Positions 1 to 23,479 of a stretch of DNA of 64,000 nt are shown here, piece after piece. A model generated the notes under the pieces. It searched no databases. It worked only from the letters and a program-made list of their open reading frames with translations, and was not told the DNA's origin. The stretch is from the human T2T-CHM13v2.0 reference genome, Homo sapiens. The stretch lies in assembly GCF_009914755.1 (NCBI RefSeq), contig NC_060947.1; one strand, given 5' to 3'. Position 1 is the stretch's first letter. Every line of letters starts with the position of its first letter. A program made the translations under genes and the position numbers.

Positions 1-126
1 TGGAACGGTTGAAGAATGTGATATTCTACTTAACTCAAATATAATGCCTTAATACTTCCTAGACACTTCCTTCACTGGTCCTCTTTTTTGTCTTCTTTAG
101 TTAATAGATTTATAAGGGAATTTCTT

Positions 127-443
127 GTTTTCTCTCTCTCTCTTTTGTTTCAATTTAGAGACAGGGTCTCATTCTGTTACCCAGGTTAGAGTTCAGTGGC
201 ATGATTGTTAGCTCACTGCAGCCTCGAACTCCTGGGCTCAAATGATCCTCCTGCCTCAGCCTCCTGAGTAGCTAGGACCACAGGTGCATGCTACCATGCT
301 TGGTTATTTTCTTTTATTTGTTTGCAGAGATGGGGTCTTGCTATGTTGCGCAGGCTGGTCTTAAACTCCTAGGCTCAAGCAATCCTTCCACTTTGGCCTT
401 CCCAAAGTGTTGGGATTACAAGTGGGAGCCACTATGTGTGGCC
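127..443 (-). mobile_element. Alu (J-type)
   Basis: Antisense Alu consensus; GGAATTTCTT repeated on both sides (117-126, 446-455) as TSD. Confidence 0.9.
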
Positions 444-776
444 AGGAATTTCTTCAAATTTGAATTGAAAGCTTTCTTGATCAGGGTAAATCTCTATTCC
501 TAAAGAAGCTTTTTCCTAAGGGTGCCTCTGGTTCTTTGTCAAGAGCCCATTATTTGGGTATGGAAAGGCATGGTTGAGAAATAAAAATTTTGTTCCTCTA
601 TTGCCACTACACTAAATCCCACTATTCATTTTCCAGATTCTTCTTTATCTTCCAAAGTCACAACCTTCAAATGGAAAAGTTAAAAATTTCACCTGTGCAC
701 TTCAGATCATTCTAATAATACTTGAAAATTATTAGGAAGAAACATATCTTCCAAAGACTATAACATGTAAAGATAA

Positions 777-1154
<378 letters not shown>

Positions 1155-1829
1155 CTCCACTAATAGTTGTTAAACATTCAAGAAAATATACTGATCTAAA
1201 GCTTTCAATTTGTATTGGATATATTTTTTATAAAACAAATTACAGGCTTACTATGAAAAAACACATTGAATTTACAAGATATTCACAATCAATTTATTTC
1301 CCTCCTTCTCCTTGGCGTACATTAGTCTATTTTCTACCATTCAAATAAAACAAAAATAGCAATAATACTCCCAATTGAAATACTTACCAACAAAGTAAAG
1401 TAAGTTTAAAGTCTTTCTCTTCTCTTGAAACATTTTAACTAGTATGTCCAAAAAAAATCACCTCACTACTAGAAGGCAATGTCTCTAATCCTATTTGTAA
1501 TAATCAAGTGTTATAGAAATCTATAACTATAAGAGATTAAGAGGACCAAGAAAGGGCAGTGAGACATCAGTTTAATTTCATCTTACCTGCTTGCATAATA
1601 TTTAACTTGATTAGCTCTACCAAAGTAGCTTAAGCTTTAATAACCAGAAATTGTCCTATTGTCACTATCACTCATCAAAAATGGAATATAGGATCTATTA
1701 ATTACGATTTAAAGCTAAAATCTGATCCTGCCATTCAAATTTCTTTTGAATTTCAGAAGCAAGAAAGCTAAGTATTACCAGTCTGAATTCCTCTAAAATG
1801 CAACTTTCCCCAAAAGCATGTTTCTTAAA

Positions 1830-3186
1830 AAAAATTCTGTGGGTACACAGTAGGTATATATATTTATGGGGTACATGAGATACTTTGATATAGGCATGCA
1901 TTGCATAATAATCACATCATGGTGAATGAGGTGTCCATGCCCTCAAGAATTTATCCTTTGTGTTACAAACCATCCAATTATACTTTTAATTATTTTAAAA
2001 TACACAACTACATTATATTATTATTATTATTATTATTTTGGGACAGGGTCTGGCTCTGTCACCCAGGCTGGAGTGCAATGGTACATCTTGGCTCACTGCA
2101 GCCTGTACCTCCCAGGCTCAGGTGATCCTCCCATCTCAGCCTCCCTAGTAGCTGGGACTACAGGCACACACCACCATGCTCTGCTATTTTTTTTTTTTTT
2201 TTTTTTGCTAGGAACACGGTTTTGCCATGTTGCCCAGGCTGATCTCAAACTCCTAGGCTCAAGCAATCTGCCCACTTTGGCCTCCCAAAGTGCTGGGCTT
2301 ACAGGTGTGAGCCACCACGCCTGGCCTCATTCTTTTTTAAATTTAAATTTAAATTTTTGTGGGTACATAGTAGGTGTGTGTGTATGTATGTGTACATATA
2401 TATGTACATATATATATATATATTTTTTTTTTTGACATGGAATGACTCTGTCGCCCAGGCTGGCTGGAGTGCAGTGGGGCGATCTCGGCTCACTGCAAGC
2501 TCTGCCTCCCGGGTTCACGCCATTCTCCTGCCTTAGCCTCCTGAGTAGCTGGGACTACAGGCGCCCGCCACCACGCCCGGCTAATTTTTTGTATTTTTAG
2601 TAGAGACGGGGTTTCACCGTGTTAGCCAGGATGGTCTCGATCTCCTGAACTCGTGATCCGCCTGCCTCGGCCTCCCAAAGTGCCAGGATTATAGGTGTGA
2701 GCCACTGTGCCCGGCCTTAGGTGTATATATTTATGAAGTACATGAGATGTTTTGATACAGGCATGCAATGTGCACTCATCACATCATGTAAAACGAGATA
2801 TCCATCTCCTCAAGCATTTATCCTTTGTGTTACAAACAATCCTATTATACTCTTAATTTTTTAAATCTACAATTAAATTATTATTGACTATAGTCACTCC
2901 GTTGTGCTATCAAACAGTAGGTCTTATTCATTATGTTTTTTGTTTTTTGTTTGTACTCATAAAGAATCCCCACCTCCCACCACCACCCCCAGCTTCTGGT
3001 AGCTATCATTCTACTATCTCCATGAGTTCAAGTGTTTTGATTTTTAGCTCCCACACGTAAGTGAGGATATGCAATGTTTGTCTTTCTGTGCTCGGCTTAT
3101 TTCACTTAACATAACGACTTCCAGTTCCATCCATGTTGTTGCAAATGATAGGATCTCATTCTTTTTTATGGCTGAATAGTACTCCC
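1830..3186 (-). mobile_element. Two L1MA-type 3' ends in tandem, interrupted by an AluJ (~2015-2326) and an AluY (~2423-2716)
   Basis: L1 3'UTR motifs (GTGGGTACA..TAGG, ATTTATCCTTTGTGTTACAAAC) occur twice; TTCCATCCATGTTGTTGCAAATGA at ~3125. Confidence 0.75.
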
Positions 3187-4162
3187 AAAACTTATTCGTG
3201 TCTTTGTTCTAACCATCAGGGTTTATTCATAAAAATTCTTCATATTTTCACCTTTCCTAATCATCTACCAGTCTTCAGATGTTAGTATGAAGTAGAACAA
3301 AACAAATTCTTAGTTAAGGTATACATTTCCAACTCCCTCCTTAAATTAAGAGATCTGGAACAGATCTGGAAATATAACGGGCAGATAATTACTGAAGAAG
3401 ACAGTGAACAGAGAAGTGAGCATTTTTAATCCTTAAATGCCATCTGCTCCATTATCAGTTCACGTACTTCCTGGATAGAGCTAAAATCTATCCTTGTCCC
3501 CTTTCCTTAGTTTTTAATTTTTTGGTGGTGTCTCCATTTAATTGTTCTGCAACTGCTACTAAGCCTGTTTCTCTAATCAGATATTTTCTAGAGAACTGCA
3601 GGGTTTTTTGCACATGTGATACTTTCATGAGTCATTTCTCAAAGCAAAGTTTTTCCAATGATAGCCTGCCTTGTTAAACATCCCAAAAAGATCAACTGCA
3701 AAACATTTACCACCCAGAGGAATATAATCTCACTTTATTTTCTAACATTTACTTAACATCTTCTATATGCCAGGTACTGCATTAGGTACTTCACATCCCT
3801 CATCTCATTTAATTTTCACAATAGCCAAAGAAATCAGCATTTTTTCCATTCTACTGATGAGGAAAATGAGACTCAGAGTAACTTGTTAAACATCATTGGG
3901 GGTGGATTAAAGCATATCCTCTTTAAAACTACAGACTTTTTTGGAAAACTGGGGAGGGAGATCTATCTGCCATCCTAGCATTATGATGACCATTTTTATT
4001 ATGCTTCAGTATGCATTGCGTGTTCATCACTTTCCACATTTCATATTATTATTATTATTATAGATTCCCAGAAGTAAAGAAATATGAATAATTTTATCAA
4101 AGACCATGCTTCTTCATTTTTATCATGCTGCCTCTCTAAGATAACACCAGATGCGAGGATGA

Positions 4163-4624
<462 letters not shown>

Positions 4625-4705
4625 TAATGTGTGTATTATAGATAATGAGTGTAAACTATAGTGCCTGGCATGTAGAATGCATTCGATAAATATCAGAGAA
4701 TAAAT

Positions 4706-6974
4706 GGCTGGGCTCAGTGGCTCACGCCTGTAATTCTGTCACTTTAGGAGGTCAAAGCAGGAGGATTGCTGGAGGCCAGGAGTTTGAAACCAGCCTGGTC
4801 AACATAGTGAGACCCGGTCTCCACAAAACATTTTTAAAAATTTAAAAAGAAAAATAAGTCCACGTTCCAATGAAAACATTGTTAAAGGTATAAATAATAA
4901 GCAGGGTAGCATTCCATTTAGCAATAGACAACTATGAGGAACTTGAGTGATTTTTAATCATATTTATTTAGGGGAGGTATCTTTTAAAAAGAATATACAT
5001 ATATGCACACTTTTTTTTTTTTTGAGACAGAGTCTCGCTCTCTTGTTCAAGCGATTCTCATGCCTCAGACTCCTGAGTAGCTGGGACTACAGGCATGTGC
5101 CACCCTGGCTGGCTAATTTTTTTTGTATTTTTAGTAGAGACGGGGTTTCCCCAAGTTGGCCAGCCTGGTCTTGAACTCCTGACCTCAAGTGATCCACCCG
5201 CCTCGGCCTCCCAAAGTGCTGGGATTACAGGCGTGAGCCACTGCACCCAGCAAAAAATAGATTTTAAGATCAGACATTACCCTATTATTTAAAGTCAAAT
5301 TTATTATAGTAGATAGACCTGGAATTTTTTTAAATAATGTTTTCAAAAATTGACAAAAAAATGTTCTGCAACAGAACACCCATATTTTGAAACTGTGTCT
5401 AAGGAGTATCATAGTAGTCTTTTTAAAGACAGCCTAAACCATTCTCAGAGAGGGAAGGAGGAAAAACTAAATCATCTTTAGCAGCCTATATAAATTCCAT
5501 GCTTACTGATGAGAAAATCCAATTTTATGTTGTGAAATCTAAGAAAACCTACAACTGAAAGAACAGATTCCCGGCTGAACACAGTGGCTCATGCCTGTAA
5601 TCCCAGCACTTTGGGAGGCCAAGGTGGGTAGATCACTTGAGTCCAGGAGTTCAAGGCCAGCCTGGACAACACAGCAAAACCCCATTTCTACAAAAAATAT
5701 AAAAATTAACTAGGCGTGGTGGCACATGCCTGTAGTCCCAGCTGGGAAGTCTTAGGTGGGAGGATCACCTGAGCCCAGTGAGGTCATAAGGCTGTACTGA
5801 GCTATGATCATGCCACTACACTCCAGCCTTGGCAACAGAGTGAGACCCTGTCTGAAAAAAAATTTTTTTAAATATATATATACATTTATAAAAAGAAAGA
5901 ACAGATTCCTGATTTTATATAAGTACACAGTTAATCTGATGTTTGTTGAGGACATTTTGACAGAAAATGCTGGATGTGAGGTAAAGAAAAATTAAGAAGT
6001 TTTTGCATTCAAGATGCTTACAGTGTTAGGGCAAAGACTGGCATATAAACAAGGACAATACAGGTCAGGCATGGAGGCTCGCTCCTGTAATCTCAGCACT
6101 TTGGGAGGCCAAGGTGGGAGGATCACTTGACCCCAGGAAGTAGAGGCTGCAGTGAGTCATGATAGTGCCATTGCACAGCATGCAGCCTGTGTAAGAGGCC
6201 CTGTCTCCAAATAAATACATACATACCTACAATGACTATATGCTGTGCTGAATTCATCTCAGTTCACCTGGAGGCACCAAGAAAACTTTAGCCGAGGAAG
6301 AAAGAAGATACTGTTTGAGCTAAGACTTGAAGAGTAGGAATCTTCAGGTGAATGAAAGGGTGGGGTAAGAGAAAAGGAAGATATTCTCGCATAAGTCTTG
6401 TACATGCATGAAAAGGGTGAATGTACTTCCAAGAGAGTACAGAAAGATCAAGGAAGGCATGTAATTTATTGCCTTAACATAAAATTCACCATATTGACCA
6501 TTTTAAAGTATACAATTCAGTGCTGATTCCTTTAAAAAAAAAACAAAACCTATTTTCAGCTAGGCTGTTGTGCTTCCAGTTCAGTGAGAGAGTCAATGAA
6601 TAAATATAATTTCACTGGTAGAAATGCTAAGTTTTAAAAAGCCTTCACTTTTTAATTAAAAAGAATAAGTGGACTAGGCACAGTGGCTCACACCTGTAAT
6701 CCCAACACTTTGGGAGGCCAAGGCGGAAGCAACACTTGAGCCCAGGAGTTTGAGACTAGCCTGTCAACACAGAGAGACTCCGTTTCTACAAAAAGATAAA
6801 AAAGTAGCCAGGGATATTGTGGCACATGCCGGTAGTCCTAGATATTCGGGAGGTGGAGGTGGAGGTGAGAGGATCACTAGAGCCCAGGAAGTCGAGGCTG
6901 CAGTGAGCCATGATCCCACCACTGAACTCCAGCCTGGGCAACAGAGCGAGACCCGGTCTCAAAAAAAAAAAAAA
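4706..6974. mobile_element. Alu cluster (monomer 4706-4856 +; internally deleted 5011-5251 -; 5573-5860 +; partial 6063-6215 +; 6671-6974 +)
   Basis: Alu consensus motifs (GGCTCACGCCTGTAATCCCAGC, GCAGTGAGC, poly-A). Confidence 0.85.
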
Positions 6975-8183
6975 GTGGTCATCGTGGAAATTCAGGTAAT
7001 ACCAGCAATACCAGCATGTAAAGTAAAACGTGAAAACGTTCCCCTCATCGATAATCCCAACTGCCTAGAGATAGCCACTGTTAAGGTATTGTCATGTATC
7101 CTTACAGAGATTTCTCTATACATACACATATACTTATATATAGGGGATGCTGTTGTTTTTAACATAAAAAATTTCTAAGACATAAAATTATGCATTGCTC
7201 TGCATCTTCTTTTCCACATAACCATAGCTTAGGATCCTCCCAAAGAAGGACATCAATTTCTAGTTTCAGTGTCTGAGCCTGCTCACTTCACGATACTTTT
7301 GACAATTGTATATTTTTATTGTACTCTTTGCCAATCTAATAAGCAACTCATTAAGTTTAACTTCCTAGCTTAGTTTTTCTTCTTATGGAATAGTTCAAAT
7401 ACTTAGAAACATAGAGAAGATAGCTTTCTTTCTTAATTCAGCTCAAGTAGACAAGTATCTGAAGTGCTTAACTGGTATTTTTAGAGTATGTGCACAGTTT
7501 TTCTCTATTAGAGGAAGCACAGAATGTACAGGAAATAGAGTTAGAATGACTGACGTAGGGTTTGAGTCCTCGTTCATTTTCTAAATTTAAGACTCTTTTT
7601 CTCATCTATAAAATTAGAGGGTATAAGTAATTGCTAGTAGTCTTAAAGTCCTAAGAGTATAGGACTCCAAATCACAAACGTTTGAAAACGCATTGTTAAA
7701 ATTCCTCTACCTGGATTGCTTAATGGTGAGAATACTGTATCTCCTCCACTTCCTAAAGCCTATGAGTTCCACAAGATCTTAGTTTTGTTCATTTATGTAT
7801 ATCAAGTGCCTAGAACATTGCCTAGCATGCTTACATTTGTGGAATGATTGAAAATGGTTAGGAGCTTTCAATCTGGTAAATTGCCTTGAAACAATTATTT
7901 GGACAAAGTAATAAATCTGGCATAATTTCACTCTTTGGTCTAACTCTCACACTCCTGAAATGAAAATGCTAGAAAATAGAGAACTCTTACACATCATTCA
8001 GGGAGTTACATCGGCCAGCAGTATAGAGTCTCAGATATCCTACTCCTGGGATCTAAAGTCGAACTCCCCACCCCCAACACCTGACGGGGCCCACACTCAA
8101 AAGTGTCAAAACTCATAGCTATGCACATTCACAAGACTGTAGAAGTCGGGCTGTCACCTACGCTACTCCACTCTCAGATTCTA

Positions 8184-8830
<647 letters not shown>

Positions 8831-9018
8831 GCTAGAACAGAATCTTTCAAAGACTCATTTAGAAGTCCTTGAAATTCGCCGCCTTCATGTAATATTCTAG
8901 AAAAATGGGACCTAGCCGCGTGAGGGATAAGAGCTATTTAGTCCGTTATCCTGCCTCCAAAGTACTTCAAAGTGAAAAAATAAAAGTAGGAAAGCAAAAA
9001 TATACCTAATACCACTGA

Positions 9019-10150
<1,132 letters not shown>

Positions 10151-10159
10151 ATGCAAAAT

Positions 10160-12057
<1,898 letters not shown>

Positions 12058-12249
12058 TTATCTACATATTACAGAAGTTTTTACTGTTCTTGCAACTTTT
12101 CTCTAAACTTGACGTTATTTGAAAACTAAAAGCTAAGCCAATTAGTATAGTAGTAATAGCAGACAAAAAAAATGAGAGAAGTAAAGGAAGTTTTGGGGGA
12201 ACAGAAAGAAGAAAGAGCTAGTGTGGAGATACTAAACCGAAGCTTGTGG

Positions 12250-12530
12250 AACTTGAACGCCATTTTGAAGCTAGTTCCTTAGACGATTCGGTCGAAGATC
12301 TGTCTCTCGGCTGCCCTCTATAGAGCTCTAAACCTGGCTTCAAGGAGTTCTTTCATTCTTCATTAGATACCACCCACCATACGTCATTTTATAAAGCCGG
12401 AAACTACATTTCCCAAAAGGCCTTTATTTTTCCTCGCGGGAAAAGGGATTGCAATTACTATAGGTTTTACAGGTATCGCGAGATTTCGTCAAATCTCATT
12501 ACGGATCCCGGCTGAAAGCCATTTTGTTTT
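12250..12530 (+). promoter_or_regulatory. COX7B promoter
   Basis: YY1-like CGCCATTTTG 12258-12267 and GCCATTTTG 12518-12526; ETS CCGGAA abutting ZNF143/SBS ACTACATTTCCCA 12403-12415; BANP/ZBTB33-type TATCGCGAGA 12474-12483. Confidence 0.8.
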
Positions 12531-12611
12531 TCAGCTCACTTCAAGGGTACCTGAAGCGAATTGGCACCAAAGCAGCAGCTGTATTGCCGCAGTTCTAGCT
12601 TCACCTTCACG

Positions 12612-12651
12612 ATGTTTCCCTTGGTCAAAAGCGCACTAAATCGTCTCCAAG
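12612..12651 (+). CDS. COX7B: COX7B exon 1 CDS (cytochrome c oxidase subunit 7B, transit peptide)
   Basis: ATG..MFPLVKSALNRLQ + G, donor G|GTGAGC. Confidence 0.97.
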
Positions 12652-12961
12652 GTGAGCAAAAATTATGACAAATCATTTACAACAACCTTATATCAATGTG
12701 TCCTCGCGGCCTCTCGTGTGCTTTCCTTTTACGAACATCTCGGCCTTCTAATCTTGAATGCTGTCTGTCTCCCATCTCGTCCCAAGTCATTGGGATGATG
12801 TCCTTAGCATTGGCTTTATCACCCAGTATTTCTGTTTCGGTTTCCAGCTCTCTTTCTGTTATCGGAGTGATAGTCTAGCCCTGCTTTTTAATTCTTCAGT
12901 AACCTTTGATTTCAGGGAAGGACATTCTTGGTAGACACCTCGTTCCTTAAGTGATGTCCTA

Positions 12962-13444
<483 letters not shown>

Positions 13445-14304
13445 TTAGCTGTCCTGAAGGCAATCGTGGTCATTTTTTTCTTATCCAAAGGTTGGGCAGG
13501 TACAGGGAGTTTTGAGACCAGCATTATGTAGAGAAAATGCAATAGATTGAGGAGAACAAATTAATTTTCATACTTGATTTGCACCGAAGGTGACCTTGAG
13601 TAACGTGGGCAGTTGTTACACAATGAAGGTGACCCGTAATTACTATTTAGTTTGTTTAGCCATCTTTTGATTTTCACTTAATAGAATCATTGGAGGATAT
13701 TATTAGATTGTGTCCTAAACTCTTAAGCAACTTTGAAAATAACCACAAAATATTAGCTGGACTATTTTCATATTCCCAAAGTAGCATTTATTATCTCTTT
13801 TACTTTGGGCATATGATTTAGCCTCTCTCAACCTCAGTTTCCTTCTTTGTAAAATAAGTAATTTGTAAATAATGCCTACTTCATGGGGTTGTTGAGGATT
13901 ATATGAGATCACCAATGTGTGGTAATTAAACAGTTGTCACAGAGGAGAGGTCTGATGAAATCCACCAGAGTTACATGAGTGTGTTGAAGTTATGAGATGT
14001 TGCAGAATTTTTTGGTAGTCTTAATTTCTTTGCTCTTTGAGCAAATAGGGCCACCTTGTACCTCAGGAAAGGTTTTTTGTTTTTTTTTCAGCGTGGAATT
14101 CACATGCCCACTTTTTATCTTTTCTGGAGCAGAATATATTATGAAATATTTGTAAATTTGCCTATCCCGGTGTGACTAAAAGATGAAAAGGGAAAGCTAT
14201 GTAAGACAGTTAGAAGATCTGATAATGGTCTAATAACTATCATGAAGTAACCCATTGTACCATGTAGAAATATTCATTGCTAGTGAATGGGCAACATTGC
14301 AGTT

Positions 14305-15166
<862 letters not shown>

Positions 15167-15700
15167 TAAGCATTTAGTGTGCTTTAATTTGAAGTTCATT
15201 TGAGTTCATTTGCCCTTGTATGTTGTAAGTTGTTGGGCTCTATTGAGTAAACTTTAATGAAAATTTAAGTCATAAGTATTCAAATTAATCAATGGGAGCC
15301 AAAATTTCAGGGGTTATGCAAATACCACTTTGTAGAGAATGTTACTGACATCATTCATTCTTTGCTTTTTTCCCCCAACACTATTATGAAAACTCTCAGA
15401 CATACTGAAGAGTTGGAAGAATCGTATGAACACCCATATACCCACCACAAAGATTCTACAGTTAACATTTTGCTATTTGTTTTATCATGTATTTGTCCAT
15501 CTGTCAATTCATCTTATTTTTGTTGCATTTCAAAGTACACTGCTTTAATAGCTACAATATGTTTTAACATTTTATTGAACTACATAATACTGTAAAATTA
15601 ACTTCCTTGGCTTTCCTGATTGGCAGTATCAATCACATATGTTTTCTTTACCTGACAATTGATAATATGCTTCTGTATTCTTTTTTCGTTTTCCTGTAAG

Positions 15701-15825
15701 TTCGAAGCATTCAGCAAACAATGGCAAGGCAGAGCCACCAGAAACGTACACCTGATTTTCATGACAAATACGGTAATGCTGTATTAGCTAGTGGAGCCAC
15801 TTTCTGTATTGTTACATGGACATAT
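15701..15825 (+). CDS. COX7B: COX7B exon 2
   Basis: Acceptor TTTTCCTGTAAG|; reads (V)RSIQQTMARQSHQKRTPDFHDKYGNAVLASGATFCIVTWTY; donor TAT|GTAAGT; 125 nt keeps frame with exons 1 and 3. Confidence 0.97.
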
Positions 15826-15919
15826 GTAAGTACTATTGATTAATAATTTCTGTTTCAGATGTTTTTCATTCTCAGTCTATGCATTCAAAGTGTCTTAACA
15901 TAGTAGTGTACATATCTAG

Positions 15920-16860
<941 letters not shown>

Positions 16861-16888
16861 AGATGTAATGTATCTTTTTATATTTTAG

Positions 16889-17726
<838 letters not shown>

Positions 17727-17904
17727 ATTAAAGTGTGCTTAATTAGAAGGATAAACAGATGTTGAACAAATGTTTGATCAGAGGAGCTTTTGGAGGTGAA
17801 ATGTTCCTTAGTGATACAGAGAATATAAAATACTCTGGCAGTTACTTAGGTAGTTGTGGTTGAGGGAATCAGTGTATTGAGTGGGTAGTATAGAAATGTG
17901 AAGT

Positions 17905-18058
17905 ATAAATTTGAATTAAATAAAATTTAAAAATTCATTTCCTTGGTGATACTAGTCATATTCCAGGTGGCTAGTAGCCACATGTAGCTAGTGACTACTG
18001 TTTTTAACAGTGAAGATCTAGAACATTTCCTTCAGCTCAAGAAGTTCTATTGAACAAC
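17905..18058 (-). mobile_element. MER3-like hAT-Charlie DNA transposon
   Basis: TAGCCACATGTAGCTAGTGACTAC and AGAACATTTCC..AAGTTCTATTGAACA match the reverse complement of the MER3 consensus as I recall it. Confidence 0.7.
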
Positions 18059-18241
18059 AGGACTGCTCTAGAAAATTAGGACAGCAATCAGGTTTGGCCT
18101 ATATGGAGGGTATTAGATCCCAGGTGAGTTTCTGTGTATTTTTAACCTATAGAACAGAATATCTGTCATTTTCAAGAAATAGTCTCCGAGAGAGTGTACT
18201 CTGGTTTAAACACGTAACTGACAGCATTTTAATTCTTACAG

Positions 18242-18319
18242 GTAGCAACACAAGTCGGAATAGAATGGAACCTGTCCCCTGTTGGCAGAGTTACCCCAAA
18301 GGAATGGAGGAATCAGTAA
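18242..18319 (+). CDS. COX7B: COX7B exon 3 (last coding exon)
   Basis: Acceptor TTCTTACAG|; VATQVGIEWNLSPVGRVTPKEWRNQ then TAA at 18317-18319; total 80 aa. Confidence 0.97.
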   Translation, partial: VATQVGIEWNLSPVGRVTPKEWRNQ

Positions 18320-18376
18320 TCATCCCAGCTGGTGTAATAATGAATTGTTTAAAAAACAGCTCATAATTGATGCCAA

Positions 18377-18425
18377 ATTAAAGCACTGTGTACCCATTAA
18401 GATATGGCATTATTGAAGAAATAAA
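18377..18425 (+). terminator. COX7B proximal polyadenylation signals
   Basis: ATTAAA 18377-18382 and AATAAA 18420-18425, followed by GT/T-rich GGTTTTGTTTCTTTG. Confidence 0.8.
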
Positions 18426-18538
18426 GTACATTTGAAACCTTCATTGTAGGTTTTGTTTCTTTGTAAATGAAACTAAGCTTGATCACTTTAGCCTTTATGT
18501 TAATATTAAAGTCAAATGCTGTGCAGCTTCTTAAATAG

Positions 18539-19140
<602 letters not shown>

Positions 19141-19681
19141 CTTAAATGGCTTTTATGAGGTAATGTGAAAGGAAAATTTGCCTTTGACCTGGAAGTCAAC
19201 TTTATAGTAAGCTGAAATTATAAATAACTGATCATGGAACTATTGCAGATCACCTTTGAGCCAAAAATTTGGCCTGGATTTTGGTTATGCCTACTACTAT
19301 GTGCCTCTCATTTGTATTTATACCTGGAATTGGCATTATTAACTCCTTTTCACTCCTGCCTAGAAAACTTAAAGTGTCACCAGACCCAAGGGCGGAGTGG
19401 TCCTATAAAACAAACTCGTAGCCTGTCTGAAGACTAGCTACTAGCTCCTTGGCTGTTTTGGCATATTCATCTTGATTATAGCTCTTGGTCTTTCATCATA
19501 TTAGGGATGTTTATGATGTTATTAAAGAAAATCTTGTCAAATGCAGTCTGTTCCTAGTTATCTACTATCAGTCACCTGTTGTATAATTATAACAATGTTT
19601 GGATTTGTGGATTATTATTTTAGTATATAACATTGGATTTTATGTATGTTACCTGAAGAAGAGCAATATCTGTACCACATA

Positions 19682-21890
<2,209 letters not shown>

Positions 21891-23131
21891 ATATATATAT
21901 AGCTCTCTAGGTTTTTATGTTAAATATTAGAGTGCCTAAGAATGTACATGGTTGGCAGAGGATCTTGCAGCTCATAGTGATAAACTTTAGTATTTACATA
22001 AAAATACTAGATAGCTAGTAGATTCAATGTTCTGCTTCTGAAAAAGATATATTTTTGGTTTTGCCTTTTAGTGAATTTCTTTTGGATGCTTAACACAATG
22101 TTAATATAGTTACAAACCAACTTGCTAATATTTGGAAACCCACTTAAAAGCTATCTTCATTTCATATGATGTGATTTTTAAGATTTTAAATTTGGGGCTG
22201 AGTTTGTATCTTAATAATTAAGGCTGCACACATTGACAACTACAAAATAATGCCTGGGAAGATGAGTCCTGAGGCTAATTTTATATTTATGTGGATGAGT
22301 GTGGAGGGGGATAATAATTCTGAAATACTTAATCACAGACCTAAAATGTAGATCTATGGGTAATTTTAAATGTTGCCTGTCAAGGCTTAATAGGGACTTG
22401 ACAACAGCTAGGATGGAAATTATTTCAACACTTAAATATGCTTACTTTGTGCCGGACGCTGTTCTAAGTCTTTTACAAATATTTACTTGATATTTGTATT
22501 TTGTGTACTATTTTGATTTCTGCAACATTATTAGGCTTCATACTCTTCTGTGGGAACTGGGTTCAAATGGTTCCAGATGAAAATACAAATAGTCCTGTGA
22601 TTAGTTTTGTTCTACATCTTATGACAGATACTTCATGAAAGGAAATATGAAAAGGCCACATCTTGCTTTGAAATAAGTGAGATGGAGCCTCTCCCTCTTT
22701 TTACTGTTAATGTTCATAGTTTTAAAAATCCTAGAATTTTGCTGCTTTTCAAAATGTTAAGTTGGAAAGCAAGAATAAAATGACCCTTTTTTCAAATGTT
22801 TTCTGTACCATTTATTGCATTGTTTACATTTTATGCATCTCATTTCTAAATGAACTCATGGTAACAGAGACTGTAACACTTTTGCATCACCGGAATCTTC
22901 TAGGTGTGTAAAATGATGGACGAGTGAATGAATAAATGGGGGAGTGGTTCAGAGCTTGGAATGGCGCTATGAAGGTGGTGAAGTGACGTCCCTACCCCCT
23001 CAACACACATATAAAAATTATGAATTTATAAACATTTTCCTCTTGATGTAATTTTTCAATGGAGGGAAGAGGATAAATTCATAGTTCTGGCACTTACATC
23101 TGGAATTAGGCTACACAGTCTACGGGAAGCA

Positions 23132-23425
23132 AGTTAACACAGTCTAACAGATGCACGTGAATTTCATGCTGGGCGAAGATGAACTATGTGGAAGATGACT
23201 TATAAGGAGCTTTTATGTTACATCTTGGCAGTTAACACAGTCTAACTGATGCACGTGAATTTCATGCTGGGCGAAGATGAACTATGTGGAAGATGACTTA
23301 TAAGGAGCTTTTATGTTACATCTTGGCAGTTAACACAGTCTAACAGATGCACGTGAATTTCATGCTAGGCAAAGATGAACTATGTGGAAGATGACTTATA
23401 AGGATCTTTTATGTTACATCTTGGC
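23132..23425 (+). repeat. 3 x 98-bp tandem repeat upstream of ATP7A
   Basis: Units start at 23132, 23230 and 23328 (AGTTAACACAGTCTAAC...CATCTTGGC); each has a CACGTG E-box; 1-4 differences between copies. Confidence 0.98.
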
Positions 23426-23479
23426 CTGAGGTTAGGAAACTAAAGATGACAAAGGCACTGTTTTAGTATGGGTTTTCTG

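Noticed and set aside
661-735. Short frame QPSNGKVKNFTCALQ resembling the retroviral integrase motif PQSNGxxE
   Set aside because: The catalytic Glu is absent, stops are close by and I see no LTR or other pol motifs; a Dfam or tblastn search would be needed to revive it.
23132-23425. Regular repeats resembling a CRISPR array, or metal-response elements
   Set aside because: Units are contiguous near-identical copies with no unique spacers and no cas genes. TGCACGT misses the final C of the MRE consensus TGCRCNC, so it is an E-box.
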